The translations under genes were made by a program, and so were the position numbers. Below are positions 24,601 to 34,532 of a stretch of 64,000 bases of DNA, piece after piece. A model generated the notes under the pieces. That model searched no databases. It was given only the letters and a program-made list of their open reading frames with translations, and had not been told where the DNA came from. The DNA comes from an uncultured delta proteobacterium. GTDB taxonomy: Bacteria; Desulfobacterota; WTBG01; CAIYCZ01; CAIRTM01. Numbering within the stretch: the stretch's first letter is position 1; each line of letters opens with the position of its first letter. The stretch is from NCBI GenBank assembly GCA_963804955.1, contig CAWDSQ010000024.1, forward strand, positions 160,001-224,000, given 5' to 3'.

Positions 24601-25399
24601 TCAGACCGGCAGCTCCGGCTGCACGACAATACGGTCGACCTGCTGCCGGGTAACGGCATCGGGTATGGATTCATGTATAAAAAAAACGGCATTGCCCCGA
24701 CGGATAAGCGGCAGGGTCATGACGGGATTATACAAATTAAAGCTGTACTTCAGGCATTCTCTGCCGCAGGGGAAAATGCCGGTAGAGCCCATCTTTGCCG
24801 GATCATCGCAGTTCGCGCTCAGGCAGAAACGGGTTGCCGAAACAAAAGCAAACGGTACATACAGCGACTTGTGAAGGCTGGCGTCAGTGCCCTCCAGGTG
24901 CAGACCCTGCAGAAGATTATCAAACTCCACGCGGCTCGATGCCCTGCTGCGTCAAAAAACGCACGGCTGCCGGCACGTCAAGATTGGAGCCCTGAAAGTA
25001 GTCCTGCGTTTCGACGGGAAGCTGATCGAAAATATTCATAATGCGGGGCCCGCGCTTGCTCTTGTTGAGCAGTCTTCCGAGCACGGGATTGAGATCAGGA
25101 TACTCACTGCGCAGCAGCTGAAGAACACCCCAGTCATTCACAACCACTTCAGCATCAGGCAGGGTCTGCGCAAGCACGGGCAGCAGATCTTCAAGCAGCG
25201 CAAGGCCCCGGTTTGTCACAAACGGGGTCATAAAGGTAAATGCGAGGGATCTTTCGCGGGCGCTGCGCAGTGCCGTTTCAAGCTCATGCCGCGGCGGTAT
25301 CAGCCGCTCGCAAAATTCCGCTCCGAAATACAGCCGCGTAAAATCATCGCTTGCGTAGTGCAGGTGATCGACACTGTTTATATAAACTGCCTGTTCCAT
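24601..25399 (-). CDS. U32-related partner protein; frameshift near 24930
   Basis: RLYFGAEFCERLIP, TPFVT, EVVVNDWGVL, GRLLNK, SLYVPFAFVSATRFC, C..EC, RGNAVF. Confidence 0.7.
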
Positions 25400-25492
25400 A
25401 TACTGTCCAAGGAAAGCGCCCCGAAGCACCTGCTGCTGCACCATGACCGGCAGCCGCTCTCACCACGCCGGGTCATGAGCACAAGGCAGCGG

Positions 25493-26107
25493 TCAGTCAA
25501 ACGGCGTTTCATTCATCAGGCGCACGACCGGGACGCCGTCAAAAAAATCTATAATATTCAGGCCTCCATACGCCTGATCAATACGGGGTATCATTTTCAA
25601 ATCAAGCCCGAGGGCATGACACAGAATAACACGGTTCACACCGCCATGGGCAACCAGCAGTATATTTTTGCCCTGGTGCTGATCAAGGCAGGCTGTCAGG
25701 CGCGGTATCACACGGTCGCGCATGTCGATAAAACTTTCGCCGCCCTGTATCCTGTAGCCCGCTATATCCGCGGAGCGTTGATCAAACTCCTGAGTAAAAC
25801 GCGCCGTAATCTCTTCGCGGGTCAAGCCCTCCCACTGTCCGAGATGTATCTCCCTGAAAGCAGGCTCCGCTGCCGGCTCAAGACCGATAGCTTTGCCGAT
25901 AATCCAGGCAGACTCTACCGTGCGCATAAGGTCGCTGGACAGCAGCACATCTATTTTTTCCATGCTCAGCCTTCGGGCAAGACGGGATATCTGGGCCCTG
26001 CCTTTATCATTGAGAGCCACATCCATATGCCCCACATACCGCCATTCATGGGAGGTGACGAGCTCGCCATGCCGCGCAAGATAGAGCCGGGTCCGGCCGG
26101 CGCTCAT
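25493..26107 (-). CDS. Histidine phosphatase (CobC/GpmB family)
   Basis: LARHGE, SSDLMRT.ESA, E..LGQWEG, GGES, VAHGGVNR. Confidence 0.88.
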   Translation of the reverse strand: MSAGRTRLYLARHGELVTSHEWRYVGHMDVALNDKGRAQISRLARRLSMEKIDVLLSSDLMRTVESAWIIGKAIGLEPAAEPAFREIHLGQWEGLTREEITARFTQEFDQRSADIAGYRIQGGESFIDMRDRVIPRLTACLDQHQGKNILLVAHGGVNRVILCHALGLDLKMIPRIDQAYGGLNIIDFFDGVPVVRLMNETPFD

Positions 26108-26263
26108 CTGCTCAAGCTCACGGTGTAAGGAAAAACGGAGTCGATGCGTTTTTCTGCTCAATAGTCAGGGAACTGCTCATGGTGTGATCAGTATGAAAAT
26201 AATGGGGTTGTTAACGCATACAAACACAGCGCCGCCCATACCGCGCATCTCTGCAAAGCAGCC

Positions 26264-28427
26264 TCAGAGATGCATCCGGTCACGGATCATACGCACCATT
26301 GTTGTATTTTCGGTATGCCCGGTCATATTTGCAGTAATCCGTGCGCGGATGGGGCGCCCAAGCAGGTAGAAATCTCCTATCATGTCAAGAATCTTATGCC
26401 GCACAAATTCATCGGGAAACCGGAGCTCGGTGTTCACAATCTTCTCATTGTCGATAAGAATAAAGTTATTGAGCTTGCCGCCGCTTGCCAGCCCCCGCTC
26501 TTGAAGGGCCTCAATGTCGCGTAAAAAGCCGAATGTGCGCGCCGGAGCAATCTCCTTCTTGAAGGCTTCCTCGTCGTTCATGATAAAGGTGTATTCCTGC
26601 CGTCCGACCGGCTTTGGATACTGCAGCATATAATGAATTGAAAATCGCTCCGCCGGCTCGACTATCATGTGCTTTTTAGCGCCATCGATTTCACCGACAA
26701 CGAATTTTTCCGTCAGAATGATGTCATCGGCAGGAGCGTCCTGCTCTTCAATGCCCGCATCCTCAATCATCTTGCAGAAATCAACGGCAGAACCGTCCAT
26801 GATGGGCACTTCATTATTGATCTTGATCATGAGATTTGTGATGCGATAGGCATGCAGCGTTGCAAGGCAATGCTCTATCGTTCGTGCTGTTGAGTTGGTA
26901 TTCTGCAGGCATGTTGAATAGTCGGTTGACACAACATAATCGATAGACGCAGGAATAGTATCGTCGCTTGAAATATTGCCGAATACGATGCCGCTGCCGG
27001 GAGGCAGCGGGGTTAAAATAAGGCCTGTTTTGTCTCCGGAATGCAGGCCCTGACCGCTCACGACCATGGCACTCTTAAGCGTTCTCTGAAATCGTTTACC
27101 TGAAGGATTTTCTTTGGCAAAAACAATGCCGTACTCCTTTATTAATTTCTTCAGCTCCTTCTCCCTGATGTGTATTGCGGCAGCCGTTTTCGCTACATTG
27201 CGATCATTTTTGCGCAAATGATGCAGCAGATAATTTTTACGCCAGGCAACTTCAGCCTCTGCCATGCTTGCACATTGCTCATAGGAGCGGGATGAGGCAT
27301 GCTGAGACTCTTCGCGTATGGCCGAGGGCAAATCCTGAGCGGAAATGGTTTTTGTCGGTACCGATACAGCCATTTTTTCAGTGAGATTCTTCAGTTCCTT
27401 AACATTGCCCGGCCAATCATAGTTCACCAGAAGTTCAAGAGACTCGTCATCAAACTGCTTTTCCCTGCAGCTGTATTCCTTGCAGAACTGGCCGAGAAAA
27501 GCGTTGAGCATAACCGGTATATCGCTGCGGCGCTCACGCAGGGGTGGCAGCAGTATCGTGTGCTGAAAACTCTCGGCAAGCGACTTCTTCAAAACTCCGT
27601 CACCCGCTGTTTTGATCGTTGCTCCGACAACCCGCAAACATCCTTCTTCTGTATGCAGCAGCTTGCCCAGCTGATCGGCAAGCCGCTTTTGCATGTCGGG
27701 AGGAACCGCATCAAGCGCCTGCAAAAACAGCACCCCCGTCGCCTCTCCGGTCAGCAGGCCATGCTTGCCGGGCTGGTTGTCGCCGAAAAGTTTTGCCGCA
27801 AGTTCAGCAGGCGTCAAAAAAGCACAATTGATCTTTGTAAAGGTTTTTTTCTTAAATCCGGATCCGCTGTGGATCAACTGCGCCGCATGCTCCTTACCCG
27901 TTCCGATTTCACCCAAAAGCAGAATATGCCCCCTGCCGGATGCAGCGCTTTTGATCTGGTCCATGGCCCTTAAAATTGCATGACTCTCTCCGGACAAAGC
28001 CGGCAGTTCTTCGCGGGCATCTGCGGTTTTCGATCCTGCAGAGCTTTTGCCTGCCGTCTGCTGTTTTTCCTTGATCTTTCTTATGATATCGATAACGGCA
28101 TCAAACGAAAAAGGTTTTTCGAGAAAATCGAAGGCTCCGTGCTTCACTGCCTGAACCGCCGTATTCACCGTGCCGTGACCGGTCATCATAACAATATCAA
28201 TAGCACTGTCAAAGTCCTTAACAGCCTTCAAGGTCTGAATGCCGTCCATCCCGGGAAGCCAGATATCAAGAAAAATAATATCCACAGGATTGAGATTTTA
28301 CGATCTCCAGAGCACGGTTGCCGTCTGAGGCCGTCAGCAGAATATGGCCCTCGTCCTCAAGGCTGCCTCGAAGCGAATTTACAATGGAAGGTTCGTCGTC
28401 AACCAGCAGTATTGCTAAATTTTTCAT
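26264..28427 (-). CDS. lpxC: NtrX-like response regulator (REC, degenerate AAA+, HTH) fused to LpxC (UDP-3-O-acyl-GlcNAc deacetylase); one frameshift near 28290
   Basis: REC: LLVDDE, FLDIWLPGMDG, EKPF. AAA+: GEIGTGKE, WPGNVKEL. LpxC domain 26264-27088: QRTLK, GLHSG, TIEH, EVPIMDGSA, IAPARTFGF, RHKILD, TGH. Confidence 0.85.
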
Positions 28428-30690
28428 TATACGTTTCCCTTCTGAAGCTTATGGTCGGTGATACCGGCAGCTGAATGATGAAACAGGCGCCTCTCGGCTG
28501 ATTGTCGCGCACGCGAATAAATCCATTGTGGTCTGATACAATCGTGTTGACGATAGCCAGCCCCAGACCGGTTCCGGCCTGTTTTGTGGAAAAATAAGGA
28601 TCAAAAATTTTGGTTTTAAGCGCAGGCGGGATGCCGCAGCCGGTGTCCGCAACCTCGATGATTACCACGTCAAGGGCCTGATTGTATGCTGTCTTGACCG
28701 TTACCGTTCCGCCATTTTCCATGGAGTGAACCGCATTGTCAAGCAGATTGATAAGCACGCGTTTTATCTGGTCCCGGTCAAAATTAAACCGGATCGTGTC
28801 CAGCTCACGCACGGCGCTGAAAACAATGGTTTTATGCGCTTCACGGTACAACTTGAGGGTCTCATCAACGACTTCGTTGAGCTCATTGGGCAGGGGATTG
28901 GTTGCCGGCATACGGGCAAAACTCGAAAACTCATTGACCATGGTTTTGAGTTCATCGACCTGATTGATGATAACCGTTGTGCATTCATCAAACACCCCCA
29001 CATCGGATGTGATCTGATGCTGAAACTTCTTCTTCAGCCGTTGAGCTGAAAGCTTGATCGGCGTGAGCGGGTTCTTTACCTCATGGGCTATCCTGCGCGC
29101 AACCTCTTTCCATGCAAATGCCCGCTGCGCCTGCTGCAGCTGGGTGAGGTCTTCGGCAACCAGAACAAGCCCCATGCTTGTGCCCTCGGCGTCAAAAAAC
29201 ATATTGGAGCGCACGTACAAAAACACCATCCTGTCGGCAAGCGACAATGCTATCTGCTGCTCGACGGATCGAAGCCGGCTGACAAGAACCTCGCTGATAA
29301 AATCCTTTAGCGGCGCGAGCTCTTCATGCGCAAACACATCACCGTATGGGCGGTTGACGACCTGCGCAAAGGTGGTATTGAACATGCGTTCCGCTGAATT
29401 ATTGAATGCAGTAATGACACCGTCCTGATCGGTTGAAACAACAACGGAGGCGACATTATCAAGCAAAATCTCCATATACAGCCGCCGGTGCTCAAGCTCC
29501 CGGATGGTTTCCCGCAGGTTGCTGGTCGTTGATTCAACCTGCTGCGTGCTTGCTTTGAGATCATGGGTCATTTTATTGAATGAATGTATCAGGCTGCCGA
29601 TCTCGTCATCGGACGACGGCTCTATCACAACATCCAGATTCCCCTGAGCTATCTGTTCTGTCGCAGTCGCCAGTGAGCTGATGGGTACGGATATCACCTT
29701 TGAAAGGTGAAATCCGAACCACGTTGCAGAAAAAATAATCAGCAGCGTCACGGCAGACAGCAAAATAATATAAATGCCCTTAATGGGGCCCTTGGATATT
29801 TTAAGCTGTTTATATTCCTGATACGCCCGGTTGATCTCGTCCATTTTGATGACAAGACTCTTGGGATTATAAAAATTTACAATCACGGCGCCAACTATCT
29901 CCTGCTTGCCACCCGCAGGCCGCACAGGAACAACGCCGCGAACGATATCTCCGTTGTCGGCAGGCTGAATGCGGGTAACCTCCTTGCCTTCGAGCGCCAG
30001 GCGCACAAGGGCCGCATCTGATCCTATAAAATCCTTCTCGGGCACATCGGCACGGGCAACTTTGACCAGCAGCTCTCCACTGGCTGAAAATATCTCGACC
30101 ACGCCAAGATCGTACTCGGACTGTTTTTCAGCTACCAGCCTCCATAAGGGCTCTGATGCACGATCCCCGAGCATTTTTTTTGCTGCGATACTGCCTGCAA
30201 TCTGGCGGGCGTAGTGGAGCGCTTTTGAGGACGAGTTGCGGTAATAGGCATCAACAACATTGAGTGACTCTTCAAGAGAATTCTCAACTTTAAAGCTGAA
30301 CCAGTTTTCAATCGTATTGGTTATAAAACTGATGGATACCCAGAACAGCAGCATGGTCGGCACCAGGGACAGCCCCACAAAAGCTATGACCAGCTTTGTG
30401 CGCAGCTTCGACCCCAAAATGCCCCTTCTGCGCTCGAAAAAAAGCTTCACAACATTGCGCACAACAAGAAAAAGCAGAAGCAGCAGCAAAATAGCATTCA
30501 GATTGATGAGACTGAAAACAAGAATATTCTGCGGCAGAAGAGCCTCGCCGCTGCGGCCGGTCACATACATCAACAGCGATGTGAGGGCAATGACGACCGG
30601 TATGGCAATAAAAATAATAGTCTGTTCCCGCTTGCGTCGCTTCTGCTCCTCCCGCATCTGACGCTGGAGCCTGTCATTGTCGATGGCCAT
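28399..30690 (-). CDS. ntrY: NtrY-like sensor histidine kinase (TM, HAMP, PAS, HisKA, HATPase)
   Basis: SKLRTKL, WKEVARRIAHEVKNPLTPIKLSAQRL, EFSSFARMP, NLLDNA, DTGCG, GTGLGL. Confidence 0.9.
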   Translation of the reverse strand: MAIDNDRLQRQMREEQKRRKREQTIIFIAIPVVIALTSLLMYVTGRSGEALLPQNILVFSLINLNAILLLLLLFLVVRNVVKLFFERRRGILGSKLRTKLVIAFVGLSLVPTMLLFWVSISFITNTIENWFSFKVENSLEESLNVVDAYYRNSSSKALHYARQIAGSIAAKKMLGDRASEPLWRLVAEKQSEYDLGVVEIFSASGELLVKVARADVPEKDFIGSDAALVRLALEGKEVTRIQPADNGDIVRGVVPVRPAGGKQEIVGAVIVNFYNPKSLVIKMDEINRAYQEYKQLKISKGPIKGIYIILLSAVTLLIIFSATWFGFHLSKVISVPISSLATATEQIAQGNLDVVIEPSSDDEIGSLIHSFNKMTHDLKASTQQVESTTSNLRETIRELEHRRLYMEILLDNVASVVVSTDQDGVITAFNNSAERMFNTTFAQVVNRPYGDVFAHEELAPLKDFISEVLVSRLRSVEQQIALSLADRMVFLYVRSNMFFDAEGTSMGLVLVAEDLTQLQQAQRAFAWKEVARRIAHEVKNPLTPIKLSAQRLKKKFQHQITSDVGVFDECTTVIINQVDELKTMVNEFSSFARMPATNPLPNELNEVVDETLKLYREAHKTIVFSAVRELDTIRFNFDRDQIKRVLINLLDNAVHSMENGGTVTVKTAYNQALDVVIIEVADTGCGIPPALKTKIFDPYFSTKQAGTGLGLAIVNTIVSDHNGFIRVRDNQPRGACFIIQLPVSPTISFRRETYNEKFSNTAG

Positions 30691-31011
30691 GGTAGGTCTA
30701 TCCTTCGAGAGTGCTGAGTTTTTATAACCATAACACATATTCGGGTTGAGTTGCATGTGTTAAAATACTGCATCCCGGGCTGATACAATAAACAACAGCA
30801 GAAGGTAACCGAAGGCAAAAAAACATATTTTTCTATAAGATTTTTTAGCACCTTCTGCAGTATAATGATATGAATAACCTTGACAATGCAGTTGAATTAT
30901 GTTTTTTTATACGTTCGTATTTTGTGGAAGAACATAAAACTCAAATTATTGTAACAGCTTAATAAAACGCACTACATCCAAAGCACTATTTAAGAAAACA
31001 GGGAGACGACC

Positions 31012-31146
31012 TTGAAACAGACATTCCAGCCAAGCATCTTAAAACGCAAAAGAACTCATGGGTTTCTTGAGCGCATGAGCACAAAGTCAGGACAGAACGT
31101 CATCAAAAGAAGGCGGCGAAAAGGCAGAAAAGTGCTGAGTGCATAA
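31012..31146 (+). CDS. rpmH: 50S ribosomal protein L34 (TTG start; not in the ORF track)
   Basis: [44 protein letters not shown]. Confidence 0.95.
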   Translation: MKQTFQPSILKRKRTHGFLERMSTKSGQNVIKRRRRKGRKVLSA

Positions 31147-31158
31147 CGCAAAAGATAT

Positions 31159-31497
31159 ATGTCCAACTTCTCCTTAAAACGCGCTGAAAAAATAAAAAAA
31201 AGCGCTGAATTTCTAATTATATATCGAAAAGGAGCAAGAAAAGAGTCTCGGCACTTCAAGGTTGCAATCCTGGGGAACAACCTTCCATGGAGCCGTTTGG
31301 GGATAACCGTCAGCAAAAAAATCGGCAACTCGGTACAGCGCAACCATGTAAAGCGCCGTATACGGGAATATTTCAGACTGCATAAAGCATTGCTGCCAGC
31401 ATCAAGCGATATTGTTTTTACGGCAAAACCTGGGGCGGATCATCTGCTCTATGCGGGCATAGCCAGCGAAATCGACCGGTTATTTGATTGCTCATGA
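31159..31497 (+). CDS. rnpA: Ribonuclease P protein component
   Basis: RLGITVSKKIGNSVQRNHVKRRIRE. Confidence 0.95.
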   Translation: MSNFSLKRAEKIKKSAEFLIIYRKGARKESRHFKVAILGNNLPWSRLGITVSKKIGNSVQRNHVKRRIREYFRLHKALLPASSDIVFTAKPGADHLLYAGIASEIDRLFDCS

Positions 31498-31514
31498 ACC
31501 TGAATCGCATTTGA

Positions 31515-31766
31515 ATGAATAAACAAATACTTTGTTCTGTATCGGAGCCCGGCAACCGGATTAACAGGGTCTCCATATTTCTCATACGCTGTTACCAGGT
31601 GCTGGTATCTCCCTGTCTTGGTTCTCACTGCCGTTTTATCCCCACCTGCTCCAATTATGCCATAACGGCCTTTGCAAAGTACCCATTTTTCAAAGCATGC
31701 CGGCTCACATGCTGTCGTCTGCTCAAATGCCATCCGTTTCATCCGGGCGGCTATGATCCGGTCTAA
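31515..31766 (+). CDS. yidD: Membrane protein insertion efficiency factor
   Basis: [26 protein letters not shown]. Confidence 0.93.
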   Translation: MNKQILCSVSEPGNRINRVSIFLIRCYQVLVSPCLGSHCRFIPTCSNYAITAFAKYPFFKACRLTCCRLLKCHPFHPGGYDPV

Positions 31767-31862
31767 ATTTTTTACGACTGCCACACGACACTACAAGGAG
31801 CAACCAGGGATTCAGCATGTCGGCTGAATCCATGCAATCAATCCTTAAATAAGGAACTGTTC

Positions 31863-33641
31863 ATGGATAATGAAAAAAGAATTCTCCTGGCTGTTGCGCT
31901 CTCAATTGCCGTACTTTTCAGCTATCAGTACCTGTTCACCCCACCTGCCAAAAAGGCAGACACCCAGGCTGTCCCGGCAGCTGAAAAAACGCACAATGCT
32001 GCAGCGCCAGCACCGGCTGTAGTTACTCAGCCCCAGATAAAAAATGCAAGTCCGCAGCTGGCTCAACTGCCCCAGGCGCCCATCGTCGATGACGGCCGGA
32101 ACATTGATGTCGAAACAGGCCTTTTTAAGGCGCTTTTCGTGCGGGCAAGCGGTGGCCCGGACAGTTTCACCCTTCACAATTACAAGGAAGTCCTCGTGCC
32201 GACGGCTGCGGAGCGCCTGATGAAAAAACTTTTCAATGTCGGGCCCGACTTTCCGGCAGACGCAGGTCAAAAAGACAAGCAGCTTCTCCATGTGCGTTCT
32301 GCTCAGGACCTGCCGCTGCGCACCCTCTTTATCGACGCAAGTTCCGCCATGTCTGGCGCCGGGCCGTGGCAGGCCGATCGCGACAGCCTTCGCTTGCGCG
32401 ATACCGCACAACAGGGCGCCATAACTTTTTCGCAGCATGACCAGCAGGGGTTGAAACTATCCAAGCAGTTCGCGTTCACGGACAAGGACTACAAGTTCGG
32501 CCTCACCCTGACCCTGCGCAATGACGGTTCCGCTGACCGCACGGGCACGCCGGTCATTGAATGGAAGGCGCATATTCCAAACCAGCAGGGTGGCGGGTTC
32601 TTCGGCGGCGATACGACAGACGTGACCCAGTTCACCTATTTTCTAAAAGACAAGGTCGTCAAGCAGGATCTTGGTAAGGTAAAGGAAGAAACACCTATCG
32701 AGGGCGACATTCTCTGGACCGCCATCGAGGAAAAATATTTCATGTCGGCCCTTCTCATGCAGGATCAGAAGCCCGCACAAGTGCGCATAAGCAAAACCGC
32801 CGATACCACAGTCACCTATCAGGTGTTCTTCCCGCCCGTTACCATCCAGCCCGGACAGGAAGCGCAGTACCCGCTGCAGCTCTATATGGGGCCAAAAGAC
32901 ATGGACATACTGGCGCAGCAGGGCCACCAGCTTGAAAAAACACTTGACTTCGGGTGGTTCGACATCATCGCAAAGCCGCTGCTCATGTGTCTGAAATTCT
33001 TCTATGGCTTTCTCGGCAATTACGGCCTTGCGATTATCCTGCTGACCATTATCATCAAAATTCTCTTCTGGCCGCTCACGCATAAAAGTTTTGAATCCAT
33101 GAAGGGCATGCAGAAGATTCAGCCCGAGCTGACTGCTCTCAAGGAAAAATATAAAGACAACAAGGAAGAATTCGCGCGGCAGCAGCTCTCGCTCTACAAA
33201 AAATACAATGTAAACCCGCTGAGCGGCTGTCTGCCCATATTGATTCAAATACCGGTCTTCATTGCGCTCTATAATGCGCTGATGTACTCCATCGAACTGC
33301 GGCATGCAAGCTTCGTTTCATTCTGGATCAACGACCTGTCGGCAAAGGATCCAACCTATCTCGCGCCGATTATCATGGGCCTCTCGCAGTTTCTGCAGCA
33401 AAAAATGACGCCGTCGGCAAGCATGGATCCGATGCAGGCAAAAATGATGCTTTTCATGCCCCTTGTATTTACGTTCATGTTTCTCAGTTTCCCATCGGGG
33501 CTTGTCATCTACTGGCTTGTCAATAATGTCATCTCTATTGTTCAGCAGTACTACATTAACAACAAAATCAGTACCGCAGGAGGAAAAGAATGCATCCCAT
33601 CGAAGTCGAAGCCAAAACAGTTGAAGAAGCAGTCGAGCTAG
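31863..33641 (+). CDS. yidC: Membrane protein insertase YidC
   Basis: LYMGPK, DFGWF, NYGLAII, NPLSGCLP, WINDLS, PSGLVIYW. Confidence 0.96.
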   Translation: MDNEKRILLAVALSIAVLFSYQYLFTPPAKKADTQAVPAAEKTHNAAAPAPAVVTQPQIKNASPQLAQLPQAPIVDDGRNIDVETGLFKALFVRASGGPDSFTLHNYKEVLVPTAAERLMKKLFNVGPDFPADAGQKDKQLLHVRSAQDLPLRTLFIDASSAMSGAGPWQADRDSLRLRDTAQQGAITFSQHDQQGLKLSKQFAFTDKDYKFGLTLTLRNDGSADRTGTPVIEWKAHIPNQQGGGFFGGDTTDVTQFTYFLKDKVVKQDLGKVKEETPIEGDILWTAIEEKYFMSALLMQDQKPAQVRISKTADTTVTYQVFFPPVTIQPGQEAQYPLQLYMGPKDMDILAQQGHQLEKTLDFGWFDIIAKPLLMCLKFFYGFLGNYGLAIILLTIIIKILFWPLTHKSFESMKGMQKIQPELTALKEKYKDNKEEFARQQLSLYKKYNVNPLSGCLPILIQIPVFIALYNALMYSIELRHASFVSFWINDLSAKDPTYLAPIIMGLSQFLQQKMTPSASMDPMQAKMMLFMPLVFTFMFLSFPSGLVIYWLVNNVISIVQQYYINNKISTAGGKECIPSKSKPKQLKKQSS

Positions 33642-34246
33642 CCGGACAGCAACTGCATACCACTGAAGACAATCTTGAAATTGAAGTGCTTGAACCGACA
33701 CCCGGCAAATTTCTTTCCCTCTTCTCCGGGAGGAAAGCAAAAATTCGTGCGGCGCTGAAAAAAACACCGATTCAGGCAACGCGGTACGGCGCTGCACAGG
33801 AGACTCTTGATACGTTAAAAATTCTCTTCGATCGAATTGTCCGGCACATAGACCCGGCTGCGCGTATCGAAACAGCAATGAACCATGATGAGGTTATTTT
33901 CAACATCATCGGTGATGGCAGCGGCATTTTTATCGGAAAAAAAGGACAGACGCTTGAGGCTCTGCAGTATCTGCTCAATAAAATACGGGCCAGGCAGGCC
34001 GCAGACATGCCGCACATTCTCGTCGATTCCGAAGGGTACCGTTCCCGCCATGTGGAAAATCTCGAGAGCCTGGCCATGCGCCTGAGTCAAAAAGCAAAGA
34101 CGAAAGGAGGTACGGTAACCACCCCCCCCCTGAATGCTTCAGACCGCCGTATCATTCACATGACACTGAAACAGGATCCTGCACTGACGACATGGAGCAA
34201 GGGGGATGGCGTCATGCGCAAAGTTATCATAGCCCCCCGGCAGTAA
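33590..34246 (+). CDS. jag: Jag/EloR (KhpB) RNA-binding protein
   Basis: AKTVEEAV, IGKKGQTLEALQYL, R3H motif RRIIH. Confidence 0.92.
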   Translation: MHPIEVEAKTVEEAVELAGQQLHTTEDNLEIEVLEPTPGKFLSLFSGRKAKIRAALKKTPIQATRYGAAQETLDTLKILFDRIVRHIDPAARIETAMNHDEVIFNIIGDGSGIFIGKKGQTLEALQYLLNKIRARQAADMPHILVDSEGYRSRHVENLESLAMRLSQKAKTKGGTVTTPPLNASDRRIIHMTLKQDPALTTWSKGDGVMRKVIIAPRQ

Positions 34247-34532
34247 GCCTGACACAGGCACAGGCGGCAGAAGCCATTCATGGTGCCTGCCGTCTTTGCC
34301 TGGCATGATCGCCGCGCCCTATGACGTCTCTTGCGGACTTTATGAGTGCCGCGTCTTGACCACACCCCGACACATCAGATCCGGAAATTCTGTATCGCAG
34401 CTGTTAGTGTAAGACCCGGCCAGACGATTGATCTGCGCGAATGCTGGAACACTGCAGCGCACCTTGAAAATAATTCATTGTAAATATGGTTTTTTTTTGA
34501 TTAAATAAATAAAAAACAACTTGCATACCATT

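Noticed and set aside
24887..26128. 413-aa plus-strand ORF (also 55852-56808 and 54128-54907)
   Set aside because: Antisense shadows of well-supported genes, with no domain motifs
30760..31010. oriC upstream of rpmH
   Set aside because: AT-rich, but no TTATCCACA-type box cluster and no dnaA
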